Source: Eledone cirrhosa (taxonomy: Eukaryota). From it: DNA of 64,000 nt. Below, piece after piece: positions 58,560 to 64,000 of the stretch. The stretch covers positions 272,614,001 to 272,678,000 of the forward strand of contig OZ024743.1 in assembly GCA_964016885.1 (NCBI GenBank). Direction: 5' to 3'. How positions within the stretch are numbered: position 1 is the stretch's first letter; each line of letters starts with the position of its first letter. A program made the position numbers and the translations under genes. A model generated the notes under the pieces. It did no database searches. It worked only from the letters and a program-made list of their open reading frames with translations, and was not told the origin of the DNA.

Positions 58560-59180
58560 CCCCATCTTTCGCCTCTCTCCTTTAGATATCAGAAATAATG
58601 GCATTGATTTTACTCAGATTCAAAATGTTTCTGCCTTGATACTTTAAGTTTATCTGAAGTCAGTGATGCTAAAATAAAATCTAACCATCAGAAGATGCTT
58701 GACTATCTCGTGCCCTGAAATGAGGATAACTAAAACATTTCAACTTTTATGAAGTCATCACCTTGGGAATGTCAATGCACACAATGCCCTTGGCTTTTAT
58801 GCTTCTCACACATCGATTGCACCACAGGCAGCAAATAACGTACCATTCTGAATTGAATACACCAGTTAATATCCACACTCACACGTATCATTGACAGGAA
58901 AATTCCCATTCTAGACATACATATCTTCTTTTCCATCTAATAATCTAGTCTTTGCCAAATTATCCTCATCGTATCATCTAACAGTTGTACAACTACGAAT
59001 TCAAGGCAACACTGTATAACACACCTCCTCATAATTGAAACATTTGACACGGAAAGTTAGAAAACTAATCAAATGTTCGGCAATGTACCTTGACTAGTTC
59101 TAACAGAAATTGAGCTTTACTCAACACACGACCGGAACTGATTAAGTTTATCAATATGCGAACATACTTTCACCACTTTT
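58560..59180 (+). mobile_element. Possible LINE apurinic-endonuclease remnant
   Basis: LGNVNAHN (GDFNAH-like) at ~58763. Very degenerate. Confidence 0.35.
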
Positions 59181-60659
59181 ATACAACTTCAACCGAAGAC
59201 AAATAAATAAATAAATAAATAAAGGTAAATGTAGGCGATTCTATCCAAACTGGAATGCAGCAATGTATGTGAAGTACACTACCTAAAACACAGGTAGAGA
59301 GTAACTAACCACATCAAATTGAAAGGTATATACGCACCATAGTAACGTATAAAGATGACTATTCGGAAAAGCAACACAGTTCCTTTGCATACCATATCAC
59401 TTGAATACTTAAATGTCACATTTAAAATAACAAATGAATATATGATGCAGAAATAATTCAATTAAATGTGGTATCAGAAATTTTGAATGCTTTATTTATA
59501 TGTTATATAAAAACCCCGGATGATTCTTCACAGAAGTATAATCGTAGGGGATTAAAAAAGAAATTGCGCGCACAATATTACCATCTTATTTTGATATAGA
59601 CTTATTTCAACGTGAAATTAAAAAAATGTACACAATCACCAATTTTTCTCCTTCTCTCTCACATTTACTATCTTCCTTCCCTATGTGACCGATGTTCTTC
59701 ACATGAATTAGAATGCATATTTAAAAAGAAAATGTTTGTCGGCGAAGAAATGTAATTTGCAGGCTACCTAACACTGTTGAGGTTTATATGGTTGATATTC
59801 AACCCGAATGTCTGTAGATCAATGTTTAAGGAATACCGTTAACCAGCATATAACCAAAGGCCTATTCTGGATGTTTGCAATAAAGTGAATTCCAAGGACC
59901 ATGTTGTTCTGCTATATTCGGCAGTATCTTATATTTACCAACCCAAACCTTGACTTACCATATGTAAATATAATAATTTATTTTAGATCTAGTTGGCAAT
60001 ACTAGAATTTATATATTATTTAATTTTCTATTTTCTTTTAACTCATAATTATTAAATAATAACTTAATTGAAATTATGGGGGAAATTACACGTAGGTTTT
60101 ATTGAATACCACAAATAGCTATTAGTAAATAATAAATTAATTGAGCAATTTTGTAAGTTTTACTATTTTACTTCTTACGACAAAGAATTTATCTGCATAA
60201 TATTGTATTTGCATAATTACTAAAAAAAGAGAATACTGATTTAATTTTTTGTACAAAAAAAAAACAAAAAAAACAAAAAAATAAAAAAAACAAAACAAAA
60301 AAAAACAAACAAACAAATAAAGCAAAACCAAAACTAAAAAAACAAAAAAACGTGAATATTTTATAATTCAAGCAACGAAATTAAATTGATCCAGAAAAAT
60401 AATTTTCTCCATTTTGGAAGCAATATTCATTAGATGAGTATCAGAAATATTTTCCTCTCTATATCCTATGTTATTTTAATTTTAAAACAAAAATATTTTT
60501 TTCTAATTAATTAATTATTTATTCGGAATATTTTATTTACCATGAAAATAAGATTATGTATTTGTAATATTGTGACTTTTAAAATATATTTTCCCAATAA
60601 CATGAACATTATTATATATATTTTCTGCTCTGAAATGTCACTGAGTTCATTGAGTCATA

Positions 60660-62250
60660 GTATGTTTGGAGTGTGATTTGCGCTCGTGTGTTAAGGAGAA
60701 ATGAAGAGTGGTTTCATTTATGTAGGCATGGGTATTGCTGGAAAAGACCGTAACTAGATCACTAATATGAAAAAAGAAAACTTGGTCTTAAATCCCAGCA
60801 ATGAAACACACGAAAGTTAATAGAGTGTGAGTGGGTGAGAGACTCATTAGGAGCCTCAGAGAATCAGTTTTGACAGGAAGTAACTGACCCAACAGATAAA
60901 TATAGGCGGGAATTTTTGACCGGGAATCTGCGTGCCAGATGTCAGCAAAAAGTGTTGTTCATGTCGAGAATCATAACACTGCTTTCAAACATTTCTCAAG
61001 AGTGATAGTTTGGTAGAGAGTCACATAGGTGAGTTAGTCTTCATTAGAAAAGGAAAGGAGTCAACAGCCAGATCGGGCTGATGAAACTGGTTCCAATAGA
61101 CTTTCCATTGATGTTTGTAATTCAAGACAGGAAGATTCCATCAGATATAGCTTTACAAATGCAAGACAATTAAAGTAGAATAAAATATTCCAGGATTTAG
61201 GGAAGGTTGATTTTAATCGCTATCTCTATCAAATTTGAGATATCGTAACTGAATCCGATAGGATGGTAATTGGCACGATGTGTGTGTGTGTGTGTGTGTG
61301 TGTTTGCGTAAGAGAGTGGAGTGAGTGTGTGTGTGGGAGAAAGAGAGAGAGGGAGAAAGAAAGAGAGAAAGAGAGAGAGAGAAAGAGAGAGAGAGAGAGT
61401 TAGATATATAGATAAATATATATAAAGAGAATTTGGTGAGATGGTACTAGGACTAAATTAATACAAGAATACCAGTAATTTCTAAGTTCTACTCATCTTG
61501 ATAATTCCCAGGCACCGCCAGCAGGCAAACATGGACTGGATGACAATTCCCATTCTGAAAAAGATGGACTGGGTGCAGTGGGTAGGAAAAGCAAGTTCAA
61601 CAACGGATAAATCAAACTACGTCGGAGGTGAATATTGGAATATTGATAGGCATATTATTCTGCAATGTTCCAAATCTATGATTCAGTGAACCTGAATTAA
61701 TAGATACTGAATTGTTCCAGACAATGCCTCATATTTCTGGAGAGTAAATGATCGATGAATATCGAACTCCTTGATGCATATTTTCGCAAACCTAGAAGGT
61801 TAAAATAACGGATGATTTGAACAGAGGAACATTAGGAAGACCCGGAATAAATGTTTAGTTGAGTGTGGAAAAAGGTGCTGTCTCCTTAAAATGTACTAAC
61901 ATACAAACCAGTAAAATCCATGCAATTAAAAGTCTTCGAGAACAGATGACAGAAAGCAAAGTATATATAAACAAAGTTAATAATCATACAGGGTTGACAT
62001 AAGGGCAAAGAAGAACTGAAATTGTGCTAGAACCTCAAACGTTAGTCATATTATGGATGATGAAAGGAGAAAAGTTGATAACAAGTATCTAATTGGTGGC
62101 GACACAGCATCCGACAGCAAGTAACAGAGAAGGTTTTAGACATGGTAGAACAGATAGTGGAGACAGCCTCGTCTGTAGATCAGAGTTTGGAGTGCATAGG
62201 TGAGCAACTTCATGGCAATCACGCTGATCTTTATTTCATCATGAAAGTGC
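60660..62250 (-). mobile_element. Decayed CR1/L2-like LINE fragments interrupted by (GT)n/(GA)n
   Basis: Coding-like composition with RT-like remnants and no intact ORF. Confidence 0.4.
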
Positions 62251-63033
62251 GTAACTTACTAGTTAGGACGTTAGACTCTCGATCATTACATTGTGAGTTC
62301 CATTCCCGGTGTTGCGTTGTGCTCTTCACATTTGATTTTACATTACTCCAGTCCGCTCACCTAACAAAATACGAGTTCTGCCTGTATTTCAAAAGATCAC
62401 CTTTGTCACATACTGTATCACGCCGAATCTCCATGAGAATTGTGTCTCTGGATTGCTCAGTCACTTTCACGTTAACTTCACGTGTAAGCTCTTGCGTTAA
62501 TGAAACAAACTAGAACATTCCTCGACGTAATAGATGGAAGCCCAACACATGACTGCCTTTTTTAATCCTACAGTCAAATAATTCTGTCATACACTCATCT
62601 AGAATATATAAACTTCCAATAGAGTATACTTAACCTGCCAGTGCTCAACTTTATACTGAAAATGTGATTGGATTCTTGACAGAATTACTTTTGTATTTGG
62701 TTTCGTTTCAACATAAATATTTGATTAATTCTGCATACAAGTGTCTGACAGTGAATATATATATATTAACAATTTCAATCTAAGATATGAAACGAAGAAT
62801 CAAATATAATTCAGATGTAATCGCCAAAAAGTATGCAAAAACAATTAGTCAACAGTCCGTCCGTCACAACCTCTGGCTATACCTATATAAATGCAGATAA
62901 GCAAACATATACAAAAGCGCATACAAATTCACGAATAAAACAAGTGAATTCATACACGCATGGAAAAATAGGTAAACGAACAAAATCGGAAACAATTTCG
63001 TATGATACCGAATATATATATATATCTATACAT

Positions 63034-63979
63034 ATATATTTAGAAACACACAGATACATGCGGACACACACATATATACATGAATGCATCCACACCCAAC
63101 TGTGAGTTAAGGGTGCCAACTTCACCGATGTTGCTCAATGAATGACTGGGACAGACCAATTCAGTTGAACTAGACTGAACCAGTATCAGAGTTAAAAATA
63201 CATTATGAAGAGAGAAGAAACATTTAGATATAATTAGTAATAAAATGTATCATACCTAAACTGCTCCTAAATTCCTCGACTACGTAGTTTCGTGGCATAA
63301 ACAAAAACAATATATCAAAGATATAGAGTCGTTGCAAGGGCTGCCGACTTATCAAGAGGATACCTCATTTTACTAGTCTCAAGAACGCGTCTACACGACG
63401 TGAGAAAGAATCCCAAAAGGCGGAGGGGGAGATAGTCACGCGATATAACGGTCGAGAAACAGAGCTAAGCCTCTTATAACCACGAAGAAAATACCACGGA
63501 GGCGGAGGGGGTATTCATATCGAGGCCGTAGAAGAGGTAGTGAAGAAGGCGAGAAGTATGAGTAATGGAAGCTTTTAATTATATCTAAATGTTTCTTCTC
63601 TCTTCATAATGTATTTTTAACTCTGATACTGGTTCAGTCTAGTTCAACTGAATTGGTCTGTCCCAGTCATTCATTGAGCAACATCGGTGAAGTTGGCACC
63701 CTTAACTCACAGTTGGGTGTGGATGCATTCATGTATATATGTGTGTGTCCGCATGTATCTGTGTGTTTCTAAATATATTAATAACTCCCTCTGGTCGAGC
63801 AATCTTTGAAGTGTGGGGACAACTGGAAAGCTTCCATTACTCATACTTCTCGCCTTCTTCACTACCTCTTCTACGGCCTCGATATGAATACCCCCTCCGC
63901 CTCCGTGGTATTTTCTTCGTGGTTATAAGAGGCTTAGCTCTGTTTCTCGACCGTTATATCGCGTGACTATCTCCCCCTC
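63034..63979. mobile_element. Circularly permuted and fold-back copy of the 589-bp hammerhead unit
   Basis: 63034-63575 reads unit offsets ~420-589 then 1-~375 across the junction at ~63200. 63576-63979 is inverted and also crosses the junction. Confidence 0.9.
63273..63360 (-). ncRNA. Type I hammerhead, U3-A8 core variant
   Basis: Minus strand: TCCTC-TTGATAA-GTCGGCA...TGCCAC-GAAA-CTACGTAG-TC-GAGGA. Confidence 0.8.
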
Positions 63980-64000
63980 AGCATTAGACTTACTATAGAC

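Overview
AT-rich, microsatellite-dense eukaryotic DNA with no recognisable host protein-coding gene. The SINE sequences resemble octopod cephalopod families (inference from memory, not a search). Positions 1-11.8 kb are a 27-bp minisatellite with higher-order repeats. The rest is transposon debris: two Penelope-like elements (PLEs), an R4/Dong-type retrotransposon in (TACA)n, an internally deleted mariner, RTE/CR1-like LINE fragments and tRNA-derived SINEs. The main hidden signal is RNA structure. I find about 13 complete or near-complete type I hammerhead ribozymes from roughly 7 sequence-unrelated families, plus about 10 decayed or half copies. They sit at the ends of non-coding elements in (TA)n tracts and are repeatedly arranged as fold-back inverted repeats, including an ~11-kb nested palindrome. 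The best candidate for a new system is a 589-bp non-coding tandem unit with one hammerhead per monomer. All four of its ribozyme copies carry a compensatory U3-A8 core (UUGAUAA instead of CUGAUGA), and it also occurs as circularly permuted, inverted copies. This fits a retrozyme-like circular RNA family mobilised by PLEs. All structures were folded by eye and activity is untested.
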